DNA of 64,000 nucleotides from an uncultured Gammaproteobacteria bacterium (GCA_964544275.1 CAZIZX010000004.1:20251-84250), one strand, 5' to 3'. Numbered from the stretch's first letter, positions 19,310 to 30,115 are shown. Numbers and translations: made by a program. The notes: generated by a model from the letters alone, not told the origin.

Positions 19310-19624
19310 ATGAAATACGCAGTTATAGCTATCTCTGGTACCCAGTACCAAGTTGAAGAAAATCAGACAATTACAATTGATAAGCTTGATCTCAAAGAAG
19401 GCGACACGGGCTCTACTGATCAGGTCTTGCTTCATGTTGACAATGATAAAGTTGAAGTCGGCAAACCCACCATCAAAGGTGCCTCTGTAAATTTTAAAAT
19501 TCTAAAAAACTACCAGGGTAACAAACTTCGTGTTTTCAAATATAAAGCCAAATCTCGTTACCGCCGGACCCAGGGTTTTCGAGCCCAACTTTCCGATATC
19601 CAAATTACTCAAATCAACAAATAA
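19310..19624 (+). CDS. rplU: 50S ribosomal protein L21
   Basis: MKYAVI..GTQY and FKYKAKSRYRR.QGFR motifs. Confidence 0.95.
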   Translation: MKYAVIAISGTQYQVEENQTITIDKLDLKEGDTGSTDQVLLHVDNDKVEVGKPTIKGASVNFKILKNYQGNKLRVFKYKAKSRYRRTQGFRAQLSDIQITQINK

Positions 19625-19627
19625 ACC

Positions 19628-19879
19628 ATGGCACACACAAAAGCGCAAGGTAAAACTAACCAAAAAAGCAATCGACCCGGTCAAAGACGGGGAGTCAAGA
19701 TTTTCGGCGATCAAAAAATTGCTGTTGGTCAAATAATTGTTCGCCAAGTTGGATCAAAATTCCACTCCGGCCAGGGTACCAAAGTTGGCAAAGATTTTAC
19801 CATCTACGCCACCAGGCCCGGCAAAGTCAAATTCTCAAAAAAATTAGGCAAAAAAGTCATTTCCGTCATCAGCGCCTAA
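19628..19879 (+). CDS. rpmA: 50S ribosomal protein L27
   Basis: MAHTKA, RGVK, GQIIVRQ and GKDFTIYA motifs. Confidence 0.97.
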   Translation: MAHTKAQGKTNQKSNRPGQRRGVKIFGDQKIAVGQIIVRQVGSKFHSGQGTKVGKDFTIYATRPGKVKFSKKLGKKVISVISA

Positions 19880-19945
19880 GTTTGACCTAGTCTGCACCAT
19901 TTTTTCTTACTTTTTTCACGGGTATTTTCATAGTAATCTATTACT

Positions 19946-20794
19946 ATGAAAGGCGCTGCCCAACTTGCTACCAACCAACTCGAACCCAACCCCTTGCAAC
20001 CTCGTGGAGTTATTAGTCCGGAATCTCTGTCTGAACTCATCGAATCTATTAGGGAACATGGAATTTTAGAACCCTTAATCGTTGCCAAAACTCCCGCTGG
20101 ATACCAAATAATCGCTGGCGAACGTCGTTGGCGCGCAGCCAGATTCCTGAAGCTTGAATATGTCCCCGCCATTGTCAAAGAAACCTCTCCTCAGCAAATG
20201 CTGGAGATGGCCATTGTCGAAAACGTTCAAAGAAAAGACTTGAATCCAATAGAAAGAGCCAAGGCTTTTCTCCGCCTCAAAGATGAATTTGGCCTAGATA
20301 ATCCCCAGATAGCCAAAAAGATCAGCAAAAGCACCCCTTATGTTATCAATGTACTCAAGCTATTATCCCTCCCTGACGCTCTAAAAGACGGACTTTTGTC
20401 TGGTTTGATCACCGAAGGTCACGCCCGAGCTCTTTCAGGAATAGGGGACACTCGGCTCACCATCGAAGCTTACAAGATCGTCCTCAGAGAAAAAGCATCA
20501 GTCAGAAGAGCAGAAGAAATCGCCCGACGCATGAAGAAAAAAATTGAAGAAGGCACTGTTCCTATTACCAAAGAAAACCTTCCTCAATTCCTCAGATCCA
20601 AACTCGACAATCTCAGCACTGATCTTCAGTCAGTTTTTAAAGATAACACTACTGCGGTAAAAATTACTCAAACTAATGTTTTTACCCGAATTACCTTCCA
20701 ATTCAAAGGACCCGTAGATCAAAGGTATCAGAACATCAATACTCTGTACAAACAACTTTGCCAAAAAGAACTCAAATCGGAAGTGGAAAGTTAA
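19946..20794 (+). CDS. parB: ParB/Spo0J partition protein
   Basis: NPLQPR, IAGERRWRA, ENVQRKDL and EGHAR motifs. Confidence 0.92.
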   Translation: MKGAAQLATNQLEPNPLQPRGVISPESLSELIESIREHGILEPLIVAKTPAGYQIIAGERRWRAARFLKLEYVPAIVKETSPQQMLEMAIVENVQRKDLNPIERAKAFLRLKDEFGLDNPQIAKKISKSTPYVINVLKLLSLPDALKDGLLSGLITEGHARALSGIGDTRLTIEAYKIVLREKASVRRAEEIARRMKKKIEEGTVPITKENLPQFLRSKLDNLSTDLQSVFKDNTTAVKITQTNVFTRITFQFKGPVDQRYQNINTLYKQLCQKELKSEVES

Positions 20795-20800
20795 ACCTAC

Positions 20801-21391
20801 TTAATAACTTACTTTGGGCACCATCCCCACTCGACTGACTGGCCAATATTTAAAAAAAGCTTTACCCACTATTAATTCCTTCTTAATTGGACCAAACTCC
20901 CTTCCATCTCTCGAGTGGGATCTGTTGTCCCCCAAACAAAGATAATATCCGGACGGAACTTCCTTCTCAACCCCCTCCACGGCAAACGCACCGGATTCAG
21001 TATAAAACTCACTCGGCAAATAGGTTTCTTCCAGTATCTTTCCATTCAGATATACACTTCCTTCCTTCACCATTACTCTGTCTCCAGGAATTGCAATAAT
21101 TCTTTTTATGTACTCACATTCATCTTCGGCACAAGGTTCGCTTGGAGGGGCTTTAAACACTACCACGTCACCCTTTTGAGGCTCGCCAAAACGATAAGAC
21201 AATTTATCCGTAAGCAGGTATTCCCCATCCTGAAAATTAGGCAGCATTGAACTACCCTTCACTTCATTTGGTTGAACTATAAATAAATATAACAACACAA
21301 AGACCGATAAGGCTAGCACTATTGATTGGGCAAACTCTAGTATCAACCCGCCAAAAGAAGCACCTTTTTGCAATTCAAATTTTATTTTCAT
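20801..21391 (-). CDS. lepB: Signal peptidase I
   Basis: GSSMLP, YIKRI and GDNR..SRDGR motifs. Likely ATG at 21391. Confidence 0.92.
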   Translation of the reverse strand: MKIKFELQKGASFGGLILEFAQSIVLALSVFVLLYLFIVQPNEVKGSSMLPNFQDGEYLLTDKLSYRFGEPQKGDVVVFKAPPSEPCAEDECEYIKRIIAIPGDRVMVKEGSVYLNGKILEETYLPSEFYTESGAFAVEGVEKEVPSGYYLCLGDNRSHSRDGREFGPIKKELIVGKAFFKYWPVSRVGMVPKVSY

Positions 21392-21467
21392 AACCTCTAG
21401 TTTATTACTTCCGAAAGCCAACTACAACCGCTAAAATTCTCACTTATATTGATATAATTGCCTTAAA

Positions 21468-21541
21468 GGTTGTTTAGCTCAGTTGGTTAGAGCGCATCGT
21501 TCACATCGATGAGGTCATAGGTTCGAATCCTATAACAACCA
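21468..21541 (+). tRNA. tRNA-Val(CAC)
   Basis: Cloverleaf GGTTGTT...AACAACC-A; anticodon arm CATCG-TTCACAT-CGATG; GGTTCGAATCC T-arm. Confidence 0.95.
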
Positions 21542-22915
21542 CTACACATTACAATAAATGTCTGCCGGTTCGATCCACTCTCTCCCATCCTGCTTAATTA
21601 GTTTATCGGCTTCTTTGGGACCCCAGCTACCACTTTTATAAGAATTTACTGCCACTTTTTCCGACTCCAATGCGTCAATAAATTTCCACTGCGCCTCTAC
21701 TTCGGCCGCATCGTTAAAAAACGTTTGGTCTTCATTTAACGCGTCAAATATTAGTTTCTCGTATGGGTTTATCAAATTATTAGATAAACTTTTATAACAA
21801 AATTGCATCAGACCTTCATCCAAAGCCAGCCCCATTCCCGGTTTCTTTACTAGCAACTTCAACACTATTCCTTCGTTCGGCTGGATCCGAAAAACCAACA
21901 CATTTTTCTTTTTACCTTCATTTTTGAACACGATATTAATCTCAGCCGCGTTTTTAGCTAATTTTTTTCCAGCCCTTATATAAACAGGAACCTCCTTAAA
22001 CCGCCCATGCGACAAAATTGTTTTTAGAGCAAAAAAGGTGTTCGTCTTTTTATCTCCCTCGTCAGTATAACCTTCATATTGTCCCAAGACCAACTTATCG
22101 GCCAAAGGCACCAAAGATTTCAACACCTCAAGCCGACGCAAAGTTATTCTCTGATTGTCAAAACTCCCAGGCTCACCCATGGTAGCAAACACCAGCATCT
22201 GCAACAAATGATTTTGGCCAACATCTTTCAACGCTCCAACTTTATCATAATAACTGTTTCTGGCCTCTGCTCCAAAAGTTTCCGAAGCCATTATCTGGAT
22301 ATGATCAATATACTCACTACTCATAACCGGCTCAAATATTTTATTACCAAAACGAAACGCCATAATGTTCTGAATAGTTTCCTTAGCCAAATAATGATCA
22401 ATCCGAAATATTTGATCTTCTGAATAATACCTAGCCATCAATTCATTTAATTTTCTGGCTGTTTTCAAATCCTCACCAATCGGCTTCTCCACCATTAATT
22501 TGATTTTGTTGCCATCTTTATTATCCAATCCCGACTCGTGTATATTCCCCAAAATCGCTTCATACAGATTCGGATGTGTCGCCAGATAAAATATTTTGTT
22601 TTTACAAGGACCCTTTTTATCAACAATCTCCTTCAACTCACCATAAAGACTCCTCTCTGACACATCACCACTGGCAAATTCAAACTTGTCAATAAATCCT
22701 TTAGTCAACTCACCGGAAACGTCCTTATATTTTCCCCTAATTGCTTCTCTTATAAACTGCTTATATTCACCAAGGCTTCTTTCTCTGTGCGACAATCCAA
22801 TCACCTCAACGTCTTTTACTAATCCCTTACTGTATAACCCAAACAACGCTGGAATCAATTTTATCTTCGCCAAATTGCTGGTAATTCCAAACACCACTAT
22901 CAAAAAGTTTTTCAT
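21542..22915 (-). CDS. zwf: Glucose-6-phosphate 1-dehydrogenase
   Basis: VEKPIG, RIDHYLAKE, DVGQNH and RIQPNEG motifs. Confidence 0.93.
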   Translation of the reverse strand: MKNFLIVVFGITSNLAKIKLIPALFGLYSKGLVKDVEVIGLSHRERSLGEYKQFIREAIRGKYKDVSGELTKGFIDKFEFASGDVSERSLYGELKEIVDKKGPCKNKIFYLATHPNLYEAILGNIHESGLDNKDGNKIKLMVEKPIGEDLKTARKLNELMARYYSEDQIFRIDHYLAKETIQNIMAFRFGNKIFEPVMSSEYIDHIQIMASETFGAEARNSYYDKVGALKDVGQNHLLQMLVFATMGEPGSFDNQRITLRRLEVLKSLVPLADKLVLGQYEGYTDEGDKKTNTFFALKTILSHGRFKEVPVYIRAGKKLAKNAAEINIVFKNEGKKKNVLVFRIQPNEGIVLKLLVKKPGMGLALDEGLMQFCYKSLSNNLINPYEKLIFDALNEDQTFFNDAAEVEAQWKFIDALESEKVAVNSYKSGSWGPKEADKLIKQDGREWIEPADIYCNV

Positions 22916-22921
22916 TACAGA

Positions 22922-23329
22922 TTATTTATAAGCCTCAACCCTTCCGATTACAACCGCTTTTGTTTTTGTCACCCCATCTTCAACGTCCACTATCTGCCGC
23001 CGCCTAAATCTACCCCATAGATCAGACAAACCATCTTCATGAACACAATCTAATTTCATTACTAAAAAAAGTTTTTCCCCAAGCCTTCTTTCTTGACCAA
23101 ACACACTAATTTCAATAGCTCCATCTCCCTTTTCTTTCAAATCTGCTTCTCCGGGTAAATACTCCGGATGCCTTTCCAAAATCGCCCCAAAAGACAACTG
23201 GTCCAAATTATCTCTGCTTCTTTCCAATATCATTGCCGGAGTCGAACTAGTCGCTGCATCAAACTTTCCATATACTTCCCAAAGTCCTCTCATTAATGAC
23301 TTTTCCATTTCTACAGTTATTCTAATCAC
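22922..23329 (-). CDS. Hypothetical protein
   Basis: 135-aa ORF co-oriented with zwf; no recognised motif. Confidence 0.5.
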   Translation of the reverse strand: MIRITVEMEKSLMRGLWEVYGKFDAATSSTPAMILERSRDNLDQLSFGAILERHPEYLPGEADLKEKGDGAIEISVFGQERRLGEKLFLVMKLDCVHEDGLSDLWGRFRRRQIVDVEDGVTKTKAVVIGRVEAYK

Positions 23330-23465
23330 AATAAAACTTTTATTACAGGACTAGATTAAACTTGACCATAATTGAACATTAAAGTTATTAATTGTTATAT
23401 TTTATTAACTATAAGATTCATCTTACAAAGTAACATTTATGCCAAATTTTATGTAAAATTTAAAT

Positions 23466-24155
23466 ATGAAATCGGTTGTCTATTTCTTTTTTACCTTATT
23501 CTTGTTTGTAACCACCAGCCTCCTTTTAACCCAAAATTATTGGCCTCAAATGTTTTCTGTCCAAGACCCAATCGATCCCGACAATTTAATCGAAAAGTTC
23601 AGTACTTCCACCACTGGAATATTTGACAACAAACAGGTACCTGTTCCTAAGTATTCATACAGCAACCCACTCATCCTGGGTGATCAATCCGATGACCATG
23701 TCCAAAAAAGAATTGAGGTCGACCTGACTACTCAACGTTTATACGCCTACGAAAACGACGCCTTGATATTTAACTTCATTGTTTCTACTGGCAAATGGGA
23801 CCGAACTCCTACCGGCACATACAAAATATGGACCAAAATACGATCCCAAAAAATGTCCGGTGGCTCAAAAGAATTAGGAACCTATTATTATTTACCCAAC
23901 GTTCCTTTTATTCTATTTTTTTATAACGAAAAAGTTCCCAAATCTGTAGGTTATAGCATTCACGGTACTTATTGGCACAATAATTTTGGTGTTCCCATGT
24001 CCCACGGCTGTGTCAACATGAAAACAACCGAAGTTGAACAAATTTTCAACTGGGCTGACCATAATACGCCCATTACAATTTACGGTAAATACGAAACCAA
24101 ACTTCCCGACGCCAACCTCAACCCTAAATATTCTACTCTAATTTCTAAAATCTAA
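23466..24155 (+). CDS. L,D-transpeptidase (YkuD family)
   Basis: IEVDL..QRL, VSTG...TPTG and IHGTYWH...SHGCVN motifs; N-terminal TM. Confidence 0.9.
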   Translation: MKSVVYFFFTLFLFVTTSLLLTQNYWPQMFSVQDPIDPDNLIEKFSTSTTGIFDNKQVPVPKYSYSNPLILGDQSDDHVQKRIEVDLTTQRLYAYENDALIFNFIVSTGKWDRTPTGTYKIWTKIRSQKMSGGSKELGTYYYLPNVPFILFFYNEKVPKSVGYSIHGTYWHNNFGVPMSHGCVNMKTTEVEQIFNWADHNTPITIYGKYETKLPDANLNPKYSTLISKI

Positions 24156-26562
24156 CTTCATCAAGCAACTTATCCATCACCAAAGATGTCGCATATAACT
24201 TCGCCCAATCGCCCTTTTTCTGCTCAGCTTTGGCCAACTCTTTAAGCTCTTGATAATATTGATAACTCAAAGACTGAAACTTATTTGGCGATGTACATTT
24301 CTTCTTTTTTAATAATGGCAACCTATCTATCACTTCTTCCCTGATTGTAACTTTGCGATACAAAACCTTGGCTTTATTGCCATTCACCTTTTTCTGTTGC
24401 GTCTCAATTAGTTGCACCAAGTTGTTAATTATTCTACCACTCACCAAAGTTTCGTTTTTACTTTTTCTAAAGTTAAATACTCCTGTCAACACCTTTTCCC
24501 AGTCCTTTTTGTTCAATCCTGATACAGCCAGCTTCAATCCCGAATTACCCTTAAAACGATCTTCCAGCAAACGTAAATCCCTCAAAATCAAGCCGTACAA
24601 AAAAGAGCCACCTTTTTGGTCAGCTCGGACCACCCCACTCTCTGAATCAATTTCGAATTTGACCTCTCTTCCACTTACGATCTCATCTTCATAATAACTC
24701 CATTTACCCTTATCAAACGTACTACCAACCACCAAATGATAAGTTCCACTTCCTGTTCCTTGCAAATTTACGCTACAATTTTTGGCTGGATTTTTAAAAA
24801 ACACAAACCCATCTTGATCTTCTTTTACCTCACCGCCACAAGTAACCTTCATTCGAGCAGGGGAACCCAAGTAAAATAACAATCCATTGTCATATCCGCC
24901 TTTTTCATAAACACCACCTCCAGAATATTCACCCAAACCCAACAAATCAAAGACCTTCCCGATAGATTCATTCACCATATCTCCATGGTTTGAAACAACC
25001 TCAACATATTCATCGGACCCGAATATTGCACTCTTTTTTAACACCGTCCCGTCACCTTGCTTAGTAGTAACGTAAGACACTGGCTTCCCGTCTTCCCAAT
25101 ATCCCAATACTTCATCAAAAACCGACCTTTTTTTTACATTTATCCACTCCAAAGTCGGAACTCCGATTGCAGTTACTGCTTCAAACTTCGGAAATATTGA
25201 ATCTACTACTGAGTTTTTAACCATCAAATAATCATTTTTATGCTTCATGTCACCATATTTACGCACCACTCCATTATTTTTTAAATAATTAAAAACCGGC
25301 AATAGGTCTTTAACCACCGAAGCATAAACTCTAACAGTGGCAACATTACTCTCAAAATTTTTCTTTTGTAATTGAAGCAATATATTCATGGCAATAGAAG
25401 AAACATCTGTTTTATCCGATACCCTGCCTCCATACCAAGATTCATAAGCCTTAACTGCTCCAAAATGCGGACTGCCTATACTAACAACCTTTCCAATGTT
25501 CTTGTCCAAATTTTCCTGATACCATGTCCGCGCGACAAGTCCGCCCAAACTATGACCAACCAAATCCAGTTTACTACCCGAATCTACATTTTGACCAACA
25601 AACTCATCAAAATTATCCACAATTTCCGAAACCGGTTTTCTCCAATCATAATTCCACACAAAAAAATCTTCACCCTTCACCAATCCTTTCTGCTCAAAAG
25701 CACTAATTAATTCAGAATAATTATTGACAAATGGAGTCATTCGCCAATCCTCGTTCGATACTACCTCATTAAAAACCATCGCCCTTTCGTTCCAACTTGC
25801 CCCCAATCCTGGGAGAACAATAATTTTTTGGTCAATCTCAGGCGTTACAGAATTTACATCTGACACTTTATAGTAAAGAAATCTATTCGTCGATATGTGA
25901 TTACCACCCCAACTTCTTAGTCCATAACCCCCACAGTCCATAAAAGATTCACTATCGTCTACATAATCAAATACCAAAACACCATCGTGGTAAATCTTAA
26001 AAGAATTGCCGACAGCTTCGATTCTAACATTTATTTCCTGACCCAAAACCAGATCACTTGAACCTATTTCAACGGGCGACGTCTCCCCTAACTTGTGGTA
26101 ATCATCTATGCTGTGATTAGCAGAAGTTGATATATATTTCCACAACCGATAGTTGTTACCATATTCTGCAGTATAACTTGGGTCATGGAAGCGAAAATCA
26201 ACCATATAGTATTTACTAAAATCATCAGAAATACGAAATATATATGACTGATCCAACCCTACAATCGCCTCAGCATTCGATTCAATTACATAATTACAGC
26301 TATCAAAACTATCTTTTACATACAAATGAGCAGAGGCATTAGAACCCACATTACTATAAAGACTACCGTCTTGTAAATACCAATAGTTTTCATCATTTCC
26401 CATTACTACTCTACTAATCCAATTGTCTTCGTAGGTATTATCGTCAAAGTCATCATAGAACAACACTGCCGCACGAGATTTTACAGGAAAAAATAATAAA
26501 AATGATAAAATAATAAAACAATAAACAACAAAATTAGACGTACGTTTAGTATTTTTCATCAC
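24145..26562 (-). CDS. Secreted alpha/beta-hydrolase (PGAP1/LCAT-like lipase) with N-terminal beta-sandwich
   Basis: Signal peptide, LPGLG oxyanion motif, YDWR, GHSLGG nucleophile elbow, GSPH.G and GDGTV...H. Confidence 0.75.
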   Translation of the reverse strand: MMKNTKRTSNFVVYCFIILSFLLFFPVKSRAAVLFYDDFDDNTYEDNWISRVVMGNDENYWYLQDGSLYSNVGSNASAHLYVKDSFDSCNYVIESNAEAIVGLDQSYIFRISDDFSKYYMVDFRFHDPSYTAEYGNNYRLWKYISTSANHSIDDYHKLGETSPVEIGSSDLVLGQEINVRIEAVGNSFKIYHDGVLVFDYVDDSESFMDCGGYGLRSWGGNHISTNRFLYYKVSDVNSVTPEIDQKIIVLPGLGASWNERAMVFNEVVSNEDWRMTPFVNNYSELISAFEQKGLVKGEDFFVWNYDWRKPVSEIVDNFDEFVGQNVDSGSKLDLVGHSLGGLVARTWYQENLDKNIGKVVSIGSPHFGAVKAYESWYGGRVSDKTDVSSIAMNILLQLQKKNFESNVATVRVYASVVKDLLPVFNYLKNNGVVRKYGDMKHKNDYLMVKNSVVDSIFPKFEAVTAIGVPTLEWINVKKRSVFDEVLGYWEDGKPVSYVTTKQGDGTVLKKSAIFGSDEYVEVVSNHGDMVNESIGKVFDLLGLGEYSGGGVYEKGGYDNGLLFYLGSPARMKVTCGGEVKEDQDGFVFFKNPAKNCSVNLQGTGSGTYHLVVGSTFDKGKWSYYEDEIVSGREVKFEIDSESGVVRADQKGGSFLYGLILRDLRLLEDRFKGNSGLKLAVSGLNKKDWEKVLTGVFNFRKSKNETLVSGRIINNLVQLIETQQKKVNGNKAKVLYRKVTIREEVIDRLPLLKKKKCTSPNKFQSLSYQYYQELKELAKAEQKKGDWAKLYATSLVMDKLLDEVRF

Positions 26563-26569
26563 AATAATA

Positions 26570-27445
26570 ATGGTAGATATTTCACATCATGTCAATAAGC
26601 ATGTTGGAGTAATTATCGTAAACTTTAACTCGACTACATTTCTAAATAAATTAATCCAATCACTTAGTCACATATCACAAGTCATCAACGAAATAATTAT
26701 TGTTGATAATAATTCGCAAGACATTAACAAACTAAAAACAGATAAAAACATCACTTTAATCAAAAAAACAAAAAATGTCGGGTTTGCAAAAGCGGTAAAT
26801 CAAGGCATAAAAAAATCTAAAAGCAAATTTATCCTATTAGTTAATCCAGACTGCCTCATTATTGACGATTCGATAATTGGCCTTATTAAAAAAATAAGCT
26901 CCGATAACAACATAGGAGTAATAGGTGGCAAAATACAGAACTATCACAATTCGGAATACCAACCAACGGCTAATACAAAACCAACATTTCTTACAGCTTT
27001 GTTTGAATTTACTAATCTGAAAAAAATATTTCCAAATAATACATATACAAAAAGGTTTTGGGTTAATGATAAGCAAATCACTAACGATACGGAAGTTGAT
27101 AGTCTATGCGGAGCATTTCTAATATTTAGAAAAATAATCAATAAAAGATTAAACCTTTTTGATGAAAACTACTTTCTTTACCTCGAAGATGTAGATTTTG
27201 GCTTAAAAAATAAAAAGGAGGGCTACAAGGTTGTTTACTCTCCTGACGCCACAATAAAACACCTGGGCGGCGCGAGTAATAATAGCAAATACAACACAGC
27301 GCTAAAGTATTGGTATAAATCAAGAAAGTACTTCTATACAAAACATAGCAATAAAATCGTAGCTATAATTTTATTGCTTTTATTCTCTACAGAAGAAAAC
27401 TTATTAAAAATCTACCACTTTCTTAAAAATGAACCAATTTATTAA
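26570..27445 (+). CDS. Glycosyltransferase family 2
   Basis: IIVNFN, VDNNS, GFAKAVN, NPD and YLEDVD motifs. Confidence 0.9.
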   Translation: MVDISHHVNKHVGVIIVNFNSTTFLNKLIQSLSHISQVINEIIIVDNNSQDINKLKTDKNITLIKKTKNVGFAKAVNQGIKKSKSKFILLVNPDCLIIDDSIIGLIKKISSDNNIGVIGGKIQNYHNSEYQPTANTKPTFLTALFEFTNLKKIFPNNTYTKRFWVNDKQITNDTEVDSLCGAFLIFRKIINKRLNLFDENYFLYLEDVDFGLKNKKEGYKVVYSPDATIKHLGGASNNSKYNTALKYWYKSRKYFYTKHSNKIVAIILLLLFSTEENLLKIYHFLKNEPIY

Positions 27446-28205
27446 CCTTACTCTCCTCCTCATCACCAAGAATGAATCAGAAAACCTAAAGAATTATTTT
27501 AGCTGGCTAGATCAGTGCCCCAGAATTAACGAAATTATCGCCGTCGACGACAATTCGGAGGACAACACTAAACAAATTCTAAAATCTTTAGGAAGCAAAA
27601 GTCGTCAAGTAAAAATTTTCAACAGAAAACTGAATGGTAATTTTTCTGCCCAACGACAATTTGCCACCTCAAAGTCCTCCAACAATTGGATCCTCTGGCT
27701 CGACGCTGACGAAAACCCAGACGATAAATTAATTACAATTCTAAATCATATTGATCTACATCAATATTTTAATTTTTCTTTCAAAAGATCGGATGTATTT
27801 CTTGGACATCTGTTAAAACACGGCGAAACATCCTCTCAAACTTTTTTAAGATTATTCAACAAAAAATATGGTCAATTCAAAGGTAAAGTCCACGAAGTGT
27901 GGTCAAGTACCAAACCAACACAAATCAGAAACGATCTGACAATTCTCCATTACTCTCATCTCAACCTAAGCGCATTTCTCCAAAAAATAAATTTCTATAC
28001 CGACATCCGAGCTCAGGAATTATTTGATAGGGGAGTACGATCAAGCCTTTTTCAAATAATTTTTTATCCTTCCGCCAAATTCATTCAAAACTATTTCTTT
28101 CGTCTCGGATTCCTTGATTCCACTCCAGGAATAATTCTAGCTCTCGGCATGAGTTTTCATTCGTTTCTAGTACGATCTAAACTATGGCACTTACAGCAAA
28201 AATAA
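27429..28205 (+). CDS. Glycosyltransferase family 2
   Basis: TKNE, DDNSED, LDADE and VHE motifs. Confidence 0.9.
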   Translation: MNQFINLTLLLITKNESENLKNYFSWLDQCPRINEIIAVDDNSEDNTKQILKSLGSKSRQVKIFNRKLNGNFSAQRQFATSKSSNNWILWLDADENPDDKLITILNHIDLHQYFNFSFKRSDVFLGHLLKHGETSSQTFLRLFNKKYGQFKGKVHEVWSSTKPTQIRNDLTILHYSHLNLSAFLQKINFYTDIRAQELFDRGVRSSLFQIIFYPSAKFIQNYFFRLGFLDSTPGIILALGMSFHSFLVRSKLWHLQQK

Positions 28206-29266
28206 CTCTCTATTTAACTCTACTCGTCTTCTCTTTTGGTCAATTGTTCCGACTTCACATTTTCTCAACTTCCTTTCCACTCCTCGATATCACCATACTC
28301 TCCCTCTTTATAACCAATATTATTTATCTCGAAAAATCAAATCAACTGAAGATAAAAAATAAACCAATTTTCTTTTTTCTAATATTTTCCTGGATTACCT
28401 ATTTAATAAATTGTCTAAGCAATTCATTCTTTTATTTATCCTCACTTTTTTATCTTATCCGACTTAATGTTCTGCTATCATTCTTTGTTTTTCCGATTAG
28501 CCCCAAACTTCTTGACCGTAGCTTCAACCGGTATTTCTCATTATTTTTACTTTCCTGTGTCATCTTTGGCCTCATACAATACCTTCTCTGGCCCGACTTC
28601 ACCTATTTTGATTCTCTAAACTGGGATCCACACTTATATCGTCTAGTTGGCACCTTTTTTGATCCCACCTTTACTGCTCAAATATTTCTGTCATTCCTCA
28701 TTTTTTTATTTGTTAACAATAACTATAAAATAAATTTTTCCATCGTTATAACATATCTCGCCCTAGCTCTTACCTACAGTCGCTCTGCTCTCTTAGGATT
28801 CGTCATCGCATTCTCATTCATATCTTTTAAAACTAAAAATCCCAAAACTTTCTTCGTCAGCCTAATAATCTTCTTGCTAACTCTATTGGCACTTCCCAGA
28901 ATGCCGGGAGAAGGAACTAAGCTGGAAAGAACCTCGTCCATCAAAGCCAAAATTGAGAATTATCAGGAAGCCATCAAGCTAATCCCTACGTCTCCAGTAA
29001 TTGGTATCGGCTACAATAATATCGCTCATTATCGTACCATTACCGATCCTAATTCACATGCTAATTCCGCCTTTGACTCCTCCTTGATCAACATTCTCAT
29101 CACCACCGGAATTATTGGACTGAGTCTATTTGTCATCGGTTTAACAACTTTTTTCAAGAAAGCCACTCTCGTCCAGCAAACAATCCTCGTCTCACTTTTA
29201 TTCCACTCACTTTTTGCTAATTCTCTATTTTACCCCTGGACACTACTCATCCTGTTTCTTGTCTAA
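28184..29266 (+). CDS. O-antigen ligase/polymerase-like membrane protein
   Basis: Multiple TM segments; RLVGTFFDP, LTYSRS and GIG motifs. Confidence 0.7.
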   Translation: MALTAKITLYLTLLVFSFGQLFRLHIFSTSFPLLDITILSLFITNIIYLEKSNQLKIKNKPIFFFLIFSWITYLINCLSNSFFYLSSLFYLIRLNVLLSFFVFPISPKLLDRSFNRYFSLFLLSCVIFGLIQYLLWPDFTYFDSLNWDPHLYRLVGTFFDPTFTAQIFLSFLIFLFVNNNYKINFSIVITYLALALTYSRSALLGFVIAFSFISFKTKNPKTFFVSLIIFLLTLLALPRMPGEGTKLERTSSIKAKIENYQEAIKLIPTSPVIGIGYNNIAHYRTITDPNSHANSAFDSSLINILITTGIIGLSLFVIGLTTFFKKATLVQQTILVSLLFHSLFANSLFYPWTLLILFLV

Positions 29267-29979
29267 ATGTCATACGTTATTGAAATCTGTTTCCTTGATT
29301 CGTTACCAGCCAAATCTCTTGCCACTATCTCCACATCATTCTTACCCGGATTTAACTGTAATTTAATCTTGAACTGCCCCTCATTATCTACCATTGCCAC
29401 CCGAGCGTTTACCAGGACACTCACGTCCTTTTCACACCTACCAATAACATCAAAGTCAGCATATTCCACTATCACACTATCTTCCCCAGGATTGATCATC
29501 TCAATTGACGGGGACTCATTATCATATACAACACTAAAAACCGATGAAAGATCGCTGCTTAACCCATTTTCAGCAATAGCAATAGCATTAAAATAATTAA
29601 CACCAAAATCAAGGTCAATATTTTCAAATTTAAAATCCCCCTCTCGACTAACTAATTCTTTTCCAATTGATACGTCATTTTTTAATAACTCAACACTGGT
29701 ATTTGCCTCTGCTGTCCCGCTAATCACAATTCGGGCACTGTTAGTAGCTTCAAAAGGTAATATTATTCTCGGAGCCAATGGGGGTATTCCGGTACTTTCT
29801 TCCGTCTCGTTTTTACTTTTTGACTCACCTAAAAATATTGAAAACCTGACCAGAAACGGCAATCCAAACACAATTACCATTACTACTGTCAACAACGTTA
29901 TCAAACCCAAAACAACCGTCTTTTTTGTAATTTGTTCCTCGGCTTTCCTCTCCAACCTGGAACGGTTAAATTGTGTCAT
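29263..29979 (-). CDS. Membrane-anchored Ig-like domain protein
   Basis: N-terminal TM and two Big-like repeats (ISGTAE...; L.PG.N...ARD.AGN). Confidence 0.65.
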   Translation of the reverse strand: MTQFNRSRLERKAEEQITKKTVVLGLITLLTVVMVIVFGLPFLVRFSIFLGESKSKNETEESTGIPPLAPRIILPFEATNSARIVISGTAEANTSVELLKNDVSIGKELVSREGDFKFENIDLDFGVNYFNAIAIAENGLSSDLSSVFSVVYDNESPSIEMINPGEDSVIVEYADFDVIGRCEKDVSVLVNARVAMVDNEGQFKIKLQLNPGKNDVEIVARDLAGNESRKQISITYDI

Positions 29980-30017
29980 ATTACTTGTTTGTATATTCTA
30001 TTCTACTACACCCTAAG

Positions 30018-30090
30018 AGCCGAAGAGGGGATTCGAACCCCTGACCCCAGCTTTACGAAAGCTATGCTCTACCAACTGAGCTACTTCGGC
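30018..30090 (-). tRNA. tRNA-Thr(CGT)
   Basis: Reverse complement GCCGAAGTAGCTCAGTTGGTAGAGC...TTCGTAA...GGTTCGAATCC. Confidence 0.95.
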
Positions 30091-30115
30091 TAAGTTTACC
30101 ACAAGTCCATTTGGG

